Shown in pieces: positions 24,550 through 40,649 of a DNA stretch of 64,000 nt (its first letter is position 1; each line of letters starts with the position of its first letter). The DNA is taken from positions 70,680,001-70,744,000 of the forward strand of contig OZ024744.1 of assembly GCA_964016885.1 (NCBI GenBank). Reading direction: 5' to 3'. The DNA comes from Eledone cirrhosa. Lineage: Eukaryota. The position numbers and the translations under genes were made by a program. The notes beneath the pieces are model-generated. The model was not told the origin of the DNA. It worked only from the letters and a program-made list of their open reading frames with translations, and made no database searches.

Positions 24550-27500
24550 AGACAGTCAGTCAACGCGATCAGTCGCATATTTTGGCGTGGGAGACTATTC
24601 ATTAAATTTAAGATGAATACTATCTCTGACAGTAATGCCACAACTACCAGTCATGTTGAATAACTGGATATCCTTCAAACTATATCCACACCTTTTATTC
24701 GAATTCGTAGAGATATCCGACTAAATACATAATTCATTTTACAAGGATTTGCTACAAACAGCATGGCTGAACACAACAACATCAACAATATTAAGGAAGT
24801 ACCGAAGACAAATAACAAGGAAGGTAAACAAAATTTATTCAGTTGTAGCTACAGAAGAAACCGAAATTATACATCGCATTTCTCTTGGAGTTGCGAACTT
24901 AATGATGATTTATTTAATTGTTATAAAATGGCAATAAACAATTGGCTATATGAACAGAATGAAGCTACACTGGGACGAAATACATCCAGAGCTAAATCAC
25001 TTCACAGCGAAACAATTACGCCAACAAGCGACGTTTGTTGAAGTTAAAAATAAGATAAATATTAATAATTGTAAGTCCCCCACAACAAACATGGGATCAA
25101 CAACACGTGCTACAGGTCGCCATGCTACTAGACTTCCTAGCAGCCAGGTCGAACAGCGCCTTGAAACAACTATGCCTGTAAGAAACTTGACACCACATGT
25201 ACCATCTAAGTCTACCTCGAATGCTGGGGAAAAAACTATCGATAATAATAATAATTGTTTCTACTTTTGGCACAAGGCCAGCAATTACCCAGTGCTTTAT
25301 TGGTACTTTATTTTATCGACTCGGTAAGGATGAAAGGCAAAGTTAACCTCGGCGGGATTTGAATTCAGACCGTAAAGAGACGTAACTATGCTGAAAAGCA
25401 TGGCGTCCAACCCCCTACCGATACTGCCAATTCACCGCCCTTTGATAATAATAATAATCAAAAGTATAAACAATTGAAAATTTCCCTCAACGAAATCTTC
25501 CAGAGAGAAATTAATTCATGTATAAACATTTCTCTTGCTGAACGTATTAAAACAACAATATTTAATAAAAAAACAAAAAAAAAAACAAACAAACAAATAA
25601 TGTAATATTACGTGTTATTGACGAAATAGGGGATGAATATTTACGACGGATAAACACCCCAACATTTTGGCTAATCAACGCCTGTTTATATGTTTGGTAA
25701 CAGTAGAACCAGAACTCTTCAATATAAGCTGATCACCTTCAAACAAGAATTGAGAGTTGTCAGCGAAAAACGCTGATACCTGAAGAAGGTAGATGAAAGA
25801 AAAGTGCTTAATAAAAGATTCAGACGAAACCAAACATCAGTCTATAGATATGAAGGACAAAATAATAAGTGTCACTGAGGCCCCATCCCAGAAAGACATA
25901 GATTCCTTTTGGAGCAAAATATGGGGTGAAAAGGAGAATTTCAACCAAGATGCAGTGTGGCTAATAGAAATCCAAAAGAACTATTGCTCCTACACTACAA
26001 CAAAAACATACGAAATAAGTGAGGATACCTTTGAGACTGTGATAGGAAAACTCCAAGATAAGAAAACACCAGGAAGAGACATGATTGTCGGCTACTGGTA
26101 CAAAAAACTGATATTCTATCGGAGGTATCTTACCGACCTCTACCAACAAGTTCTTAAGGGAGATACACATATACCAGAATGGTTGACATTAGCACAAACA
26201 GTACTGGTCCCCAAGAACAAAGACACCCATTTGGCAAAAATCTACCTGATATATAAGATGTATACAGCCTGCCTGAACCTATTTCTCCAAGATCACTGTG
26301 AAAATAATAACATCATCACAGATGAACAAGCAGCTGGAAAGAAAGGGGGTTGGGGTGTGCTGAACAACTCCTAATCAACAAAACTGATATGTCGGAGGTG
26401 CGACAACTTAGGAGGAATATGGCTACAGTCTGGCTGGACAACAGGAAAGCTTTCGATTCTGTTTCCCAGTCTTGGATGATAGAGGCCCTCCGACTTGCTA
26501 AAGTCCCAGACATTATTATCAGGGCCATAGAGAAGCTGTCTTCTTCTTGGGCTACTATCCTAAAGTTAAACACAGAGAAGTAGGACCCTATTTTCACAGA
26601 AATAATAGAATATCACAGGGGTATATTTCAAGGAGACAGCTCTCTGTGATATTATTTATTCTGTCATTAAATCCCTTGTCCTTTCTGCTCAAGAAATGTA
26701 AAGGATACTTAATTGGCCCACATGAGGACAGAAATACGAACCTAACCCATAATTTATTTGTGGATGATCTGGAACTCTATGCGAAGAACATAAATGGGAT
26801 AAAGAAAAATCTTGACCTGGTTACAACATTCTCAAAGGATATAGGAATGGAGTTTGGCCAAGATAAATGTTCATACATGACTGTAAAGCGGGGAAAAACA
26901 ACAACCCAATCTAGCAACATTGTCATCAATGGCCTAACTGTTTCACCGATATCTGATGAGGACTGCTACAGATACCTGGAGATAGATGAGAATATATCCT
27001 ATAATGATATCTGTAATAAGGAACGCGTAACCAGGGAATATTACACCCGATTAAGAAAAATATAGTCATCGGAACTCTCTGCGCACAACAAAACAGTGGC
27101 TCATAATGTGTTTGCTGTGCCTGTCCTAACACCAACGTTTGGAATACTCAATTGGACGATAGACGAAATCCAAGCAATTGATGTTAGAACTCGAAAAATA
27201 CTAAACAATACCGGAAACTTCCACATCAACAGTGACATAGACCGCCTTCACTTGAAACGTAAGCAGGGAGACAGAGGCCTAACATCAGTCCAGACAGCAC
27301 TTGAGTGTCGCATCATATCTCTCCGACAACATCTACGAACATCAAAGCGTAGGAGCCCATCTCCCGAGCAAGTCTATCTGCATGAGACATAATATAATCA
27401 AAAACTCACACCCAGGGAAGTCCCTCAGCAGTATCGCAGTGAATCCATGGATGAAAAACTGGATGCTTATCAGCAAAAAATCATGCATGAATATGTTGCC

Positions 27501-27753
27501 AGGAAGCTCCAGAGTGAGAGTAATATAGATAAACAAAGTAGTCTATATTGGACCAAACCGCTATATTGGCTCACACTTTGAAGGATACGCTTTTGCAATC
27601 CAAGGACAGGAAATCAACACGAAATACCTGATTCACAAAAGAGATAGGGATGCAGGCAAAACACCTAGATGCTACAACAAGTGCAGACTCTGCAGAACTA
27701 ATATCGAAGGTATCACCCATGTCATAAGCAACTGTCCAAAGATGTCATCGCGG
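24550..27753 (+). mobile_element. R4/Dong-clade non-LTR retrotransposon, degraded and 3'-truncated
   Basis: N-terminal YMNRMKLHWDEIHPE...KQLRQQA; RT WLDNRKAFDS, GIFQGDSLS, NLFVDDLELY; CRLCRTNIEGITHVISNC knuckle. Confidence 0.88.
25253..25441 (-). mobile_element. tRNA-derived SINE nested in the R4/Dong element
   Basis: Reverse-complement SINE; gataataataataat on both sides (25241-25255, 25444-25458). Confidence 0.88.
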
Positions 27754-28254
27754 TAAACATACATACATGTTGGCTGCAACTAGATTTCGAGTAATGCCAT
27801 CGCTTGATACTTAAGCATGAACATCACGGAAGTGGCTTTTTAGTCCTGCTAGGGACTTTCCTATAGCAAATGTCACATATCAAGCAATGCCTGTGCTTGA
27901 AGCTTTTTTAAGTGAGGAAAGGCTTTGCACGGGGCCAACCCCACTCTCTGAATATCGAATACATTAGCCCAAAAAGAAGAACTGGTCTACATCATTGGAT
28001 GCGAACGAAGTCGCAGGTTTTATATCAGAGTGACCTTCTACTAGAGAGATGTCTTAATGAAGACTAGAAGTCTCTCGCTCACCCCCCCCCCCCCCCCCAA
28101 AAAAAAATAGTTTCATACATACGGAAAAATATTTTTTCATAACGAAACAGTATCTTTTTTCTTTTATAGAGGGGCTCCTTCATGTTTATTGTATCTAAAC
28201 ATATAGTATATACTTTCATATACCCCTATTATGCTTAAATCTATCTTTATGCTA

Positions 28255-28811
28255 AGAATGCTAAGGTTGTTCTATCTGCAAGGAAGGTGATTGCCTTAGT
28301 TTGGGGGGATGCAAAAGGCATTGCTTTAATTGACTATCTTCAACTTACTGATGCAGTTACGAAAGTTTATCTCGACCAAACTCCCAGGAAAACTGACGAA
28401 AGGGGTTTTGTTTCATCAGAACAATGCTCCAGCACACAAGTCCTTAGTTTTAATGGCTGTTGCGCGTGAATGTGGCTCTAAACTGGTTGACCCCCCCCCC
28501 CCCCCCCCCCCCCCCCCCTATTTTCCTAATTTGGCCGTATCTGACTATCATTTGTTCCACAATATGAAAAAAAAAAAAAAATACTTGACTGGGAACTAAG
28601 TATCGCAGTCGTTATGACATCATATCTGCTGTTGATAACTATTTTTACCAACAGGATGAAAGCTTCTTCACCAATGAAATCCAAGCACAGCTACACGGAT
28701 GGAAGAAGTGTGTTGATCGCAAAGGGGACTATGTTAGAAAATAAACCTCATTTGGTCACTTTCCATGAGAGTATCTTGGTCAGCCTGTGAACGTTTCAGC
28801 CTACTCTCGTA
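28255..28811 (+). mobile_element. mariner transposon remnant (DDD-domain fragments and 3' TIR)
   Basis: VWGDAKGIALIDYL; VLFHQNNAPAHKS; YFPNLAVSDYHLF; ends tttcagcctactctcg|TA. Confidence 0.8.
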
Positions 28812-29104
28812 CATACATATATACAACATGTAATGGACCTCCGTTGGTTTCGACGATAAGTGTTACAATTGTTTAAATAACGGAACAGCTTGCAGGTGGC
28901 TGAGCATTCCACAGATGGGCACCCTTTACATAATGCTACCGAATTTTACTCCCGGAGCATGGATCGAACGCTACGGTAAATGTCACTTGCCCAAGTTGCC
29001 ACGGTATGGGATCGAACCTTATTCATACATACATACATATATACATACAAACATACATACATGCATGCACACATACATATAAACATAGATATATATATAA
29101 ACAT

Positions 29105-30120
29105 CATTATCATCCGGCGGCCTCAGCTGAAATAGACTCAATAATTGATCTCCACGTGGGTCTGTCGTTTATTGCCGTTGCCAAGTCCTGAATTTCAATA
29201 CCAGAGTCTCTGGAGATGACATCGGGGTAGGAGAGCTTGCGCCCCCTGTTATTAGTGACTGCTTGTAGTTTCCAAAGCATTAATGGAGACACAGCCTCGT
29301 AGGTGGCACAATGGCAGTAGCCAGCAAATCTCACTCTCTTTTTACGTACAACGACAGATATGCGTGGGAGGCTGGCATATATCTCTCTGAAAGGCAGATG
29401 TCGCCAGCTCTGAATGCATTGAAGCAGGCGAGTGTAAGTGCCATCAAGTTGCTTTTATGGTTTGGATGAAAGCGTCCATGTTTCACTTCCATATAGCAAG
29501 ATTGGTTGAATAGTTACTTGGAAGAGTCTGATCTTGATGTGGTTAGAAAGATTTGAGTGCCAAACTCGATCCATCTTATTGCAAGCTGACCATGCATGGG
29601 CCTTTCTGGTGGTGAAATCCTTCTGAGAGTCCACGATCCAGGACCCAAAATCCTCGACTCGCTTGATATCACTGCCGTGGATTGCTTTGATGCTGTTGCC
29701 TGTACAGTTTGATATGTACTCTATTTTACCCTCGTTTAGATGAAGGCCAACGAGGGTGGCTGCTTCCTCGAGAGATGTCAAAATTTGTTGCGCATTTTCT
29801 AGGCAATCTGCAAGAAGTGCAATGTCATCCGCAAAGTCAAGGTCAGTGAGATGTTTGGAGGGGTCCCTAGAGGACATGCGGGGTTTGATGGTTATACCTT
29901 TGTTATTGATTTTGTCAGTTGAGAGTCTCAGGGCATAGTCTAGTGCAATAATGAAGAGGAATGGGACAAGAGTGTCACCCTGCAGCACACCTGCTGAGAT
30001 ATCACAGAACTCTGTTGGGCCATCAGGAGTGATGACAGTGGCACTTGTGTTGAGATACAGAGCCTTAATTGCCTCCACAAGTGTTGCTGGTATGTCATAC
30101 AAGGCTAGAATTTCAAACAG
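29105..30120 (-). mobile_element. RTE-clade LINE 3' half
   Basis: GVLQGDTLVPFLF, TDLDFADDIALL, LLYGSETWTL, RFAGYCHCA...DRPTWR. Confidence 0.9.
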
Positions 30121-30170
30121 AATATAAACATACATACATGCATACATAATTACATGCACACATACATATA

Positions 30171-30213
<43 letters not shown>

Positions 30214-30499
30214 ATACATACATATAAGCTAACATACATACGTACATACAAATACACATACATACACGCATACATATATACATATATACATATATATACA
30301 TACATACACATATATATATATACATACATATATACATACATACATATACACATACATATATGCATACACACATACATACATATAAACATACATATAGCCA
30401 TACATACATATACTCATACATACATGCATACACATACATACATATAAACATACATACACGCATACATACATGCACATATACATACATACAAATATACAT

Positions 30500-31050
30500 G
30501 GTGGCTGCCACTACTTTATATCCATGTAGGAGAACCCCTACCGATGCGCTGAACAAGTGTGACTTTTTAGTCCAGCCAACGACTTGAAAACTCTGGTACA
30601 AACACTACACTTGTGACAATTATTGACACATAGTGCTGGGCCCATGGTACCATGTGATGACAAGTGCAGAGAGATCTTCAGATATAAAGCAATGCCTGTG
30701 ACGTGAAGCTTTTATAGTGAGCAAAGGCACTGCATAAAGCCAGTCCCACTCTCTTAACCAAGATGATATTTACCAAAAAGAAGAACAAGTCAACATCATT
30801 GGATACCATCAGGGTTGCAGGTGTTATATCAGAGTTTTCCTTCTAGAATTCTGCCTTGACAAAGGCTAAGGGGTCATCTCTCCCGGTGATTTTGGATGGC
30901 CATTGACTCTTAAGAGCTCCTTTGCCCTTTGACAGGTTTTGTTTTTAGTCCTGCAGGATGTCCAAAGTCACCCTCCTCACTAAGAAACCTTGATGGGGTT
31001 GCCAGTTTAGTCGCCAACGACCCAACCATGGGACAGGTTGTACTGGGATA
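30500..31050 (-). mobile_element. Non-coding retroposon with RTE-5'UTR-like motif and (TATG)n tail (copies at 58686-59090; diverged copy at 27768-28080)
   Basis: Near-identical to 58686-59090. Contains the reverse complement of ctag(gag)aaggaaaactctga, a motif recalled from RTE 5' UTRs; abuts (CATA)n. Confidence 0.6.
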
Positions 31051-31624
31051 TAAATATACATACATATATACATACATATTAACATACACAAATCTTGAGA
31101 AGCTAGGCTTCACAGGAACAGAAAGAACACAACTAGTTAGAAAATTACAAGTACAATCCATTAATGGAACAGTAAAAATATGTAAAACATCCCATAAATT
31201 TTGCATCTAAAAACTGCATATACACATGTACAGATACAAAGCGTATACACATGCACACATACAACTCAAAACATCCACATCCACACATACAATAACAGCC
31301 ATATCTACACATGCAGACATTCCTACATATCTACCTAGTTGATGTTGTGTAAATTCCAATGAGAGAGTCTTGTGTCTATGTTAGAAACCGACTCTCTCTC
31401 TATTGGTAAAAGATTTGTGAAATTATAAAACCAGAAGAACATACATACATAGACACATACATACATACATAGATAGATAGATAGATAGATACATACATAC
31501 ACACATACAACATACATATTCACATACATATACACATACATACAAACATACATACATACATACATACATACATACATACATACATACATACATACATACA
31601 TACATACATACATACATACATACA

Positions 31625-32770
31625 TCTCAGTGTTACTGGGATGTGGATAGGCTATACTTCTCACGCAAGGAAGGTGGCCGGGGTCTAAAATCAATATTAA
31701 CAACATATGAGACCCGGATAGTAACACTGAAGCAACACCTTGAACAGAGGAAAAAGGTTGGCAACCATCTTGCCCAGGTTTATGAGCATGAAAAAAGAAA
31801 TCATTAGAATAGCGACTGATCTGGAGGAGAGATATGGAATAAAGCCTGATATAAATCTCTCACCCAGAGAAATCGGAAGATCCTATTCAATGTTCAAACA
31901 AGATAAAAAAATTGACCAATTTACAGAAAAAGTTGTGCATGGATACTTGAGGCCTAAAACACAGACCATAGAGGGGATAAACCACCCAAAAAGCCTGGCA
32001 TGGAGTTCCGACAAGTTTATGACATCACACCTTGAGGGATATCTCTATGCAATACAGGAACAAGAACTCCCTACCAAATATCTGCTGCACAAAAGAGGAG
32101 GGCCAGCAGCTGACAATAAATGTAGGCTATGTAAAACAAAGATCGAGGATGTAAGCCACATTGTTGCCAGCTGCGAAAGAATGTCATCTCGCTACTACCT
32201 CCCCATGAGACACGATGGGATAGCTAGAACCATCTGGAACGCACTTCGGAAAACAAAATTAACAACAAACAAGGAAGAATATATTGAGACAGATGGCACT
32301 AAGGAATACTGGTGGAACCTGAAAATAAAAACTGCCACCAAATTAAAGCACAACCGGCCTGATATTGTAGTTTGGGACCACACATTGAAAACGTGTTCTG
32401 TTGTGGAGATCAGCTGCCCACTTGATGTAAACGTTGTCAGAAAAATACAGGAGGAGGACATCTACGGACCATTGATGAGGAGTTTACAAATCCAGTACCC
32501 AAGATACACCTTTAGCTTCATATCCATCATTATTAGTGCTACGGGTTACATACCAACCCGCTTGGACCAAAGTATGACTGAACTTGGATTTGCGGACAAA
32601 AAGCGCAGCTCCCTAATTCATAGTCTACAAATGGCTGCGATAGCTGGCACCTTTAAAATTTGCAAAACATTCTTGCGATTCAAGGGATGACAATTTCTTT
32701 TCTTTTACAACCTTGCCACCAGGAAGGTGGCCGGTCAAAAAAAATATACTCGAAATTAAGAGAAAGAGAA
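31625..32770 (+). mobile_element. R4/Dong-clade 3' portion with open frame 31740-32690 (CCHC knuckle + RLE)
   Basis: CRLCKTKIEDVSHIVASC, RHD, HNRPDIVVWD...VEISCP; flanked by (CATA)n on both sides. Confidence 0.9.
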
Positions 32771-32917
32771 AACATACATACATACATACATACATATATA
32801 CATACATAGTTACATACATACATACATAGTTACATAGTCAATCCTCTTTTCAAATGATCCTCATGCACTGGAAGAAATGTTAAATTAAAATAAAAAGTGG
32901 AAATAAAAATAAATATG

Positions 32918-32960
<43 letters not shown>

Positions 32961-33328
32961 TCCCTCTCTCTATCTCACTCTCTCTCTCCCTCTCTCTGAC
33001 ACACACACACAGACACACACAGACACATATAGACACACACACACACACACACACGCACATACATGTCATGTTCAACAGCCATGCAACATTAAAGCCAACC
33101 ACGATACTCATATAACAACCGACGAATATATTTATCATGGGTAGCTGGTAAACATGAGATACAGTCATAGGATCCATAGCAGCCATATTGAAGTAGAAAG
33201 ATGAATCCATCCATGGTGGATGGTGTCATTTTGGTACGTTAAATAACACCATGAAACATTAAGATGCCACTATGCTTAAAGTGCAGAATGTTTGATACCA
33301 GTGAATCATACCAGCATCGACATCTGGA

Positions 33329-33950
<622 letters not shown>

Positions 33951-34493
33951 TATATATATATAAAGAAGAAATTAAAAGATGGTTAAAAAAGTTCCATATA
34001 TTTTATTATGCGCGTTTCGAAAACAACATCATCCTGGGACAAAAATTGTGTTCTACCAACTGTTGATTGATACTTATCTGATATATGCATAGTTTTATTG
34101 TTCTACAATATTACTCACCTCCTACACACACACACATATATAGAGTTACGGCCCTTGCCATTCTGAGTTCAAATCCCGCCGAGGTTAACTTTGCCTTTCA
34201 TCCTTACGGGTTCGATAAAATAAAGTACCAGTAATGTCTGGTAATTGCTGGCCTTGTGCCAAAAGTAGAAACAATTATATTATATTATATATATATATAC
34301 ATATATATATATATGTATGTAAAAGGTAAACAGAAATAACGACACAATCGGTACAGTATATGGAAGGGATATATTAGGTTAACGCTTGATATAGCAGGGT
34401 TAATTCTCTTATTAATATTCGAAAAACTCAGATTACATTTATTGTATTCAGCCATGAAGAGCGATATTTTCTTTTTTTTATCATATATATATC

Positions 34494-34678
34494 AGGGCGG
34501 TGAATTGGCAGTGTCTGTAGAGGGTTGGACGCTATGCTTTCTAGCATAGTTACGTCCCTTTACGGTCTGAGTTCAAATCCCGCCGAGGTTAACTTTGCCT
34601 TTCACCCTTACGGGGTAGATAAAATAAAGTACCAGTAATACACTGGGTAATTGCTGGCCTTGTGCCAAAAGTAGAAAC

Positions 34679-34683
<5 letters not shown>
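34494..34683 (+). mobile_element. tRNA-derived SINE (a 5'-truncated copy also at 34143-34278)
   Basis: Same family consensus as 9652 and 16854. Confidence 0.88.
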
Positions 34684-34752
<69 letters not shown>

Positions 34753-36006
34753 ATACTATTTATAGTTATGTATATAGTATAAACAACTATAAACAGAAAG
34801 GTCAGTAATTTCTTAATTACCTTATTACCAATAAGAGAAATAGCTCAATGTATGAGCATCAGTTGTTTTACAGAGCAGGAAAATAAATAAATTACACAAT
34901 TATCAAAGTTGTGTTCAAATCATTTAATAGCTGATAAATCGTTTCTTCCAAACTCTCGTTTGGAGTCATCGGAGCATTATCAATGTTTGCACATATAATC
35001 AACCTCCTATTCAACTGAACAATAATATAGATACATACAAAATGATGTTGTGAGCAACAGTTTCGTATTTACAGGGTGGAATGGATGTGACATATATTTT
35101 ACGAGAATTGTACAATAATTGTACAAACATTCAAGTTCAAATTCAAATTCAAATTAAATTAAAATTAAAATCAAAATCAAAATCAAAAGCACGGAGTGGA
35201 ATACATGCAACAGTTAAAACAAGGGAATAGTCCAAATATTAAAGCGGCATTGAGGAAGTAGTTTTGAGAAAGGAAGAGTGCGATAACAATTCATATGCAG
35301 GCGTGTAGATAGTGCGACTGCGTAAGTCATATACATGAGAAGGAGACAAGCAAAGCTATTATGCATATATAGATAAATAAATACTGCACTTAAAGCAAAT
35401 ATGTTAATTTATTAGAGTCTATGGTGGGTGTTGAATATTGATGGTGTTCGAATTAATGTGTGTTGAGAAACATATAGTTTTTGCAGACTTTTCCATGACT
35501 TATGTTGAATTAAATTTTAGTTAATGTTTATATTGAATGTTTTAAGTTAGTTATAGCAATGGATTGTAAATTAGTCTTATTGAATTCATATTCATAGACT
35601 ATATTTGATCAACCGTTAAATTTTCAATCGTTAATTTCCGGAAGTGACTCCAAACGAGAGTTTGGAAGAAACGATTGTCAGCTATTAAATGATTTGAACA
35701 CAACTTTGATAATTGTATAATAAATACAAATATAAATTCAGAGATAATCGCAATTCGGCGGGTAGAAAAAGCGAAACGGAACGCAAATTCCGAGTCATGC
35801 TGGCAAGCGCTCCATGGGCTAAAAAGACCAGAGCAATAAACATAGGTTATAAAGGCCAACTGAGAAGGCGGTCAAGAAACCATTAACCACCTAAGCCAAA
35901 AAACAAGTCAAGCTAAACAGGTCAGACAAAATAAATGACATATTCATATATATATAGATTATATTTTTGTTTTTAAAATCCACTGTCAATAAATACACCA
36001 GGATTT

Positions 36007-36067
36007 TTTCATTCTGATGACTGAAAGCAAATTTTGTTTGCTTTCAAGAAACCACTGGTAAATGAAA
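36007..36067 (+). ncRNA. Type I hammerhead ribozyme
   Basis: tttcatt-CTGATGA-c-tgaaagcaaa/tttgctttca-a-GAAA-ccactgGTA-aatgaaa; stems I, II and III all pair. Confidence 0.85.
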
Positions 36068-36083
36068 TAATTATCTTATGTTG

Positions 36084-36163
<80 letters not shown>

Positions 36164-36269
36164 TATATACATATATATATATACATATATATATATATAA
36201 TCAAGGTTTAGCAAATAATGAAAAAGTTTCAAAATAAATTTTAAAAAATTAACTTTACTTACTATAGTT

Positions 36270-36353
36270 ACCTTTACCGAATCGGTTTCGAATCTCAAAA
36301 ATAAACGGAGACCATACGGCCTTCGTTGCAAAGAAAGATTCTCGTCAGAAGGT
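36270..36353 (-). ncRNA. Type I hammerhead ribozyme (family shared with 42402)
   Basis: Minus strand: acctt-CTGACGA-gaatct...agattc-GAAA-ccgattcgGTA-aaggt. Confidence 0.85.
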
Positions 36354-36537
36354 TCTTTTCATCCGAAAAATATAAAATTCTTGAATTTAAATTACGAACT
36401 AGCGCTATCCAAAACTGTTCCCGAGATGAGAGTAAATGAAGTGGAATCAATTTTTTCAAGGGCCGAAAGTAAAGATAGAGGCAGAGGGAGGTAGGTCAAT
36501 CGGCCACCACTATCGCTAGCAGCAGTCGGAATGACCA

Positions 36538-36609
<72 letters not shown>

Positions 36610-36655
36610 CGTAAAATAAGAAAATTATAAAATTAACTTACTTACTAAAATTTCA

Positions 36656-36735
36656 CTCCCAACTAATTAGTTTCTGAAATGGAATAAATATACTTTCCGA
36701 AGAAAATATAGAGAATAATTTCGTCGTCAGGGAAG
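36656..36735 (-). ncRNA. Type I hammerhead ribozyme
   Basis: cttcc-CTGACGA-c-gaaat...atttc-a-GAAA-ctaattaGTT-gggag; palindromic stem III, GUU triplet. Confidence 0.72.
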
Positions 36736-37287
36736 ACTATTCTCAGCTAAGTATCCAGGCAAAGCGTGGACTCTGGAAACTTATTCAAAAATAATTCAGT
36801 GGATAGAAAATAGCAAAGCGTGGACTGAATTCCTAGCCATTGAGAAAATCACTGCCTCTGAGTCGGTGGCAAATTCAAGAAGAATCAATCACGTGACATC
36901 GAGGTCAATCAGTGGAAAGTGGTTTGTTAATAAGACAGCGGCCTGCCTGCTACCATAGCAGCAGTCTTGGCCAATATTGCTCGACAAATAATTTGGAGAT
37001 AATTATAAAGAATTAATATCTAGTAACATATATATATACATACAGATGCATATCAATGCTAGCAAATATATAGGTTTTGTCTTAGTAACTTTGTGGTTCA
37101 ATGCATGGGGTTGCAGAACAATAATATGAGAGACGTAAAATAAGAAAATTATAAAATTAACTTACTTACTAAAATTTCACTCCCAACTAATTAGTTTCTG
37201 AAATGGAATAAATATACTTTCCGAAGAAAATATAGAGAATAAGTTTCCAGAGTCCACGCTTTGCCTGGATACTTAGCTGAGAATAGT

Positions 37288-37367
37288 CTTCCCTGACGAC
37301 GAAATGATTCTCTATATTTTCTTCGTAAAGTATATTTATTCCATTTCAGAAACTAATTAGTTGGGAG
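37288..37367 (+). ncRNA. Type I hammerhead ribozyme (inverted copy of 36656)
   Basis: CTGACGA at 37293-37299, GAAA at 37349-37352, same stems. Confidence 0.72.
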
Positions 37368-37534
37368 TGAAATTTTAGTAAGTAAGTTAATTTTATAATT
37401 TTCTTATTTTACGTCTCTCATATTATTGTTCTGCAACCCCATGCATTGAACCACAAAGTTACTAAGACAAAACCTATATATTTGCTAGCATTGATATGCA
37501 TCTGTATGTATATATATGTTACTAGATATTAATT

Positions 37535-38750
<1,216 letters not shown>

Positions 38751-38997
38751 TATATTATTTATGTTCATATACGGGACAAAACCGCTACCTAGGGTTTCAA
38801 GGCCCAATATTGACCATATCTCCAGATTGTGATAGTCTTCAAAATAGTCTTCAGACGCTTATACGTGTTCCGTGTATGTACATAAATAAATAATATATTT
38901 CTGTTCTCTTCTCTCTTCTCGATTAAGCACTGTTTTTCCTTCTTCCTCTTTCACACCTGCAAATATTGCTACACACACACACACACAAATGCGCACG

Positions 38998-39109
<112 letters not shown>

Positions 39110-39323
39110 TATATATATATATATGTATATACATATGGGAAAAGAGTCAGGACCCCGACGGCTGAACTCCGACCATTTCGACAACTAGATCCGAACAGTT
39201 TTCCTATGACTCACTCTACTACCCTAAGTATTGAGTACTCTGGTGCGTTATGGTCCACCTGGTATCTTACCACACCCTCTTTGTTAAAAAAAAAATATAT
39301 ATATATGCATATATATACATATA

Positions 39324-39423
<100 letters not shown>

Positions 39424-39713
39424 CAAATAACGAAACGAAATTAAATTTCGTTTCGTTTGTAACTCACTTTTGTATGACTGACGCTTAAACAATTAAGTTA
39501 AAAATGTACATCTACATATGCATACTGAAATACTAGTGTGTATATGAATACACACACGTATACATATGTAGGTGTACCAAGTCTTTCACTGGTCGCTTTA
39601 CAGTGAGCGGCCCAGCTATTCTGTATGTAAACACACAGACAAACCGGTTTTTAGAGTCATACTGGTTTTCGGGGGGAACACCTTCCCTCCATTCTCCAGA
39701 AAGCCTGACAAGG

Positions 39714-39758
39714 AATATTGGACTAGTTTCGTTGTTGTTACAACTCATCAGCAATATT
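39714..39758 (-). ncRNA. Minimal type I hammerhead ribozyme, unit 1
   Basis: aatattg-CTGATGA-gttg(taacaa)caac-GAAA-ctaGTC-caatatt. Confidence 0.92.
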
Positions 39759-40181
39759 TACCTATCTACCGGCCTTTCTGGAGAATTGTAAAAGCACATA
39801 TCGTTATATGCTTTTTCTATGAAAATTAGTAGTGAGCAGACTAATTTGCATAGAGTGTGAGTACGCACCGGTTCAGCGGAGACGATAAAAACAAATAACG
39901 AAACGAAATTAAATTTCGTTTCGTTTGTAACTCACTTTTGTATGACTGACGCTTAAACAATTAAGTTAAAAATGTACATCTACATATGCATACTGAAATA
40001 CTAGTGTGTATATGAATACACACACGTATACATATGTAGGTGTACCAAGTCTTTCACTGGTCGCTTTACAGTGAGCGGCCCAGCTATTCTGTATGTAAAC
40101 ACACAGACAAACCGGTTTTTAGAGTCATACTGCTTTTCGGGGGGAACACCTTCCCTCCATTCTCCAGAAAGCCAGACAAGG

Positions 40182-40226
40182 AATATTGGACTAGTTTCGT
40201 TGTTGTTACAACTCATCAGCAATATT
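40182..40226 (-). ncRNA. Minimal type I hammerhead ribozyme, unit 2
   Basis: Identical to 39714-39758. Confidence 0.92.
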
Positions 40227-40649
40227 TACCTATCTACCGGCCTTTCTGGAGAATTGTAAAAGCACATATCGTTATATGCTTTTTCTATGAAAATTAGTAG
40301 TGGGCAGACTAATTTGCATAGAGTGTGAGTACGCACCGGTTCAGCGGAGACGATAAAAACAAATAACGAAACGAAATTAAATTTCGTTTCGTTTGTAACT
40401 CACTTTTGTATGACTGACGCTTAAACAATTAAGTTAAAAATGTACATCTACATATGCATACTGAAATACTAGTGTGTATATGAATACACACACGTATACA
40501 TATGTAGGTGTACCAAGTCTTTCACTGGTCGCTTTACAGTGAGCGGCCCAGCTATTCTGTATGTAAACACACAGACAAACCGGTTTTTAGAGTCATACTG
40601 GTTTTCGGGGGGAACACCTTCCCTCCATTCTCCAGAAAGCCAGACAAGG

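Noticed and set aside
30113-30601. YI/VC/HT/MYVC-repeat ORFs here and throughout the window
   Set aside because: Stop-free microsatellites ((TA)n, (CA)n, (CATA)n), not proteins.
30985-31050. HDV-like ribozyme at the 5' end of the RTE-related retroposon
   Set aside because: RTE 5' ends often carry one, but I could not build the nested double pseudoknot by eye; needs an Infernal or RNArobo search.
31740-32690. Host nuclease gene or domesticated ORF
   Set aside because: It is the 5'-truncated C-terminal part of an R4/Dong ORF with a TTG pseudo-start, flanked by microsatellite.
38780-38860. Minus-strand CTGAAGA...GAAAccctagGTA hammerhead
   Set aside because: Only about 3 bp of stem I and no clear stem II; possibly a decayed copy, so not counted.
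39572-39829. 85-aa, 73-aa and 62-aa ORFs repeated in each 468-bp unit
   Set aside because: No recognisable domain, at least two begin at GTG rather than ATG, and they overlap dense RNA hairpins; their recurrence just reflects the tandem repeat.
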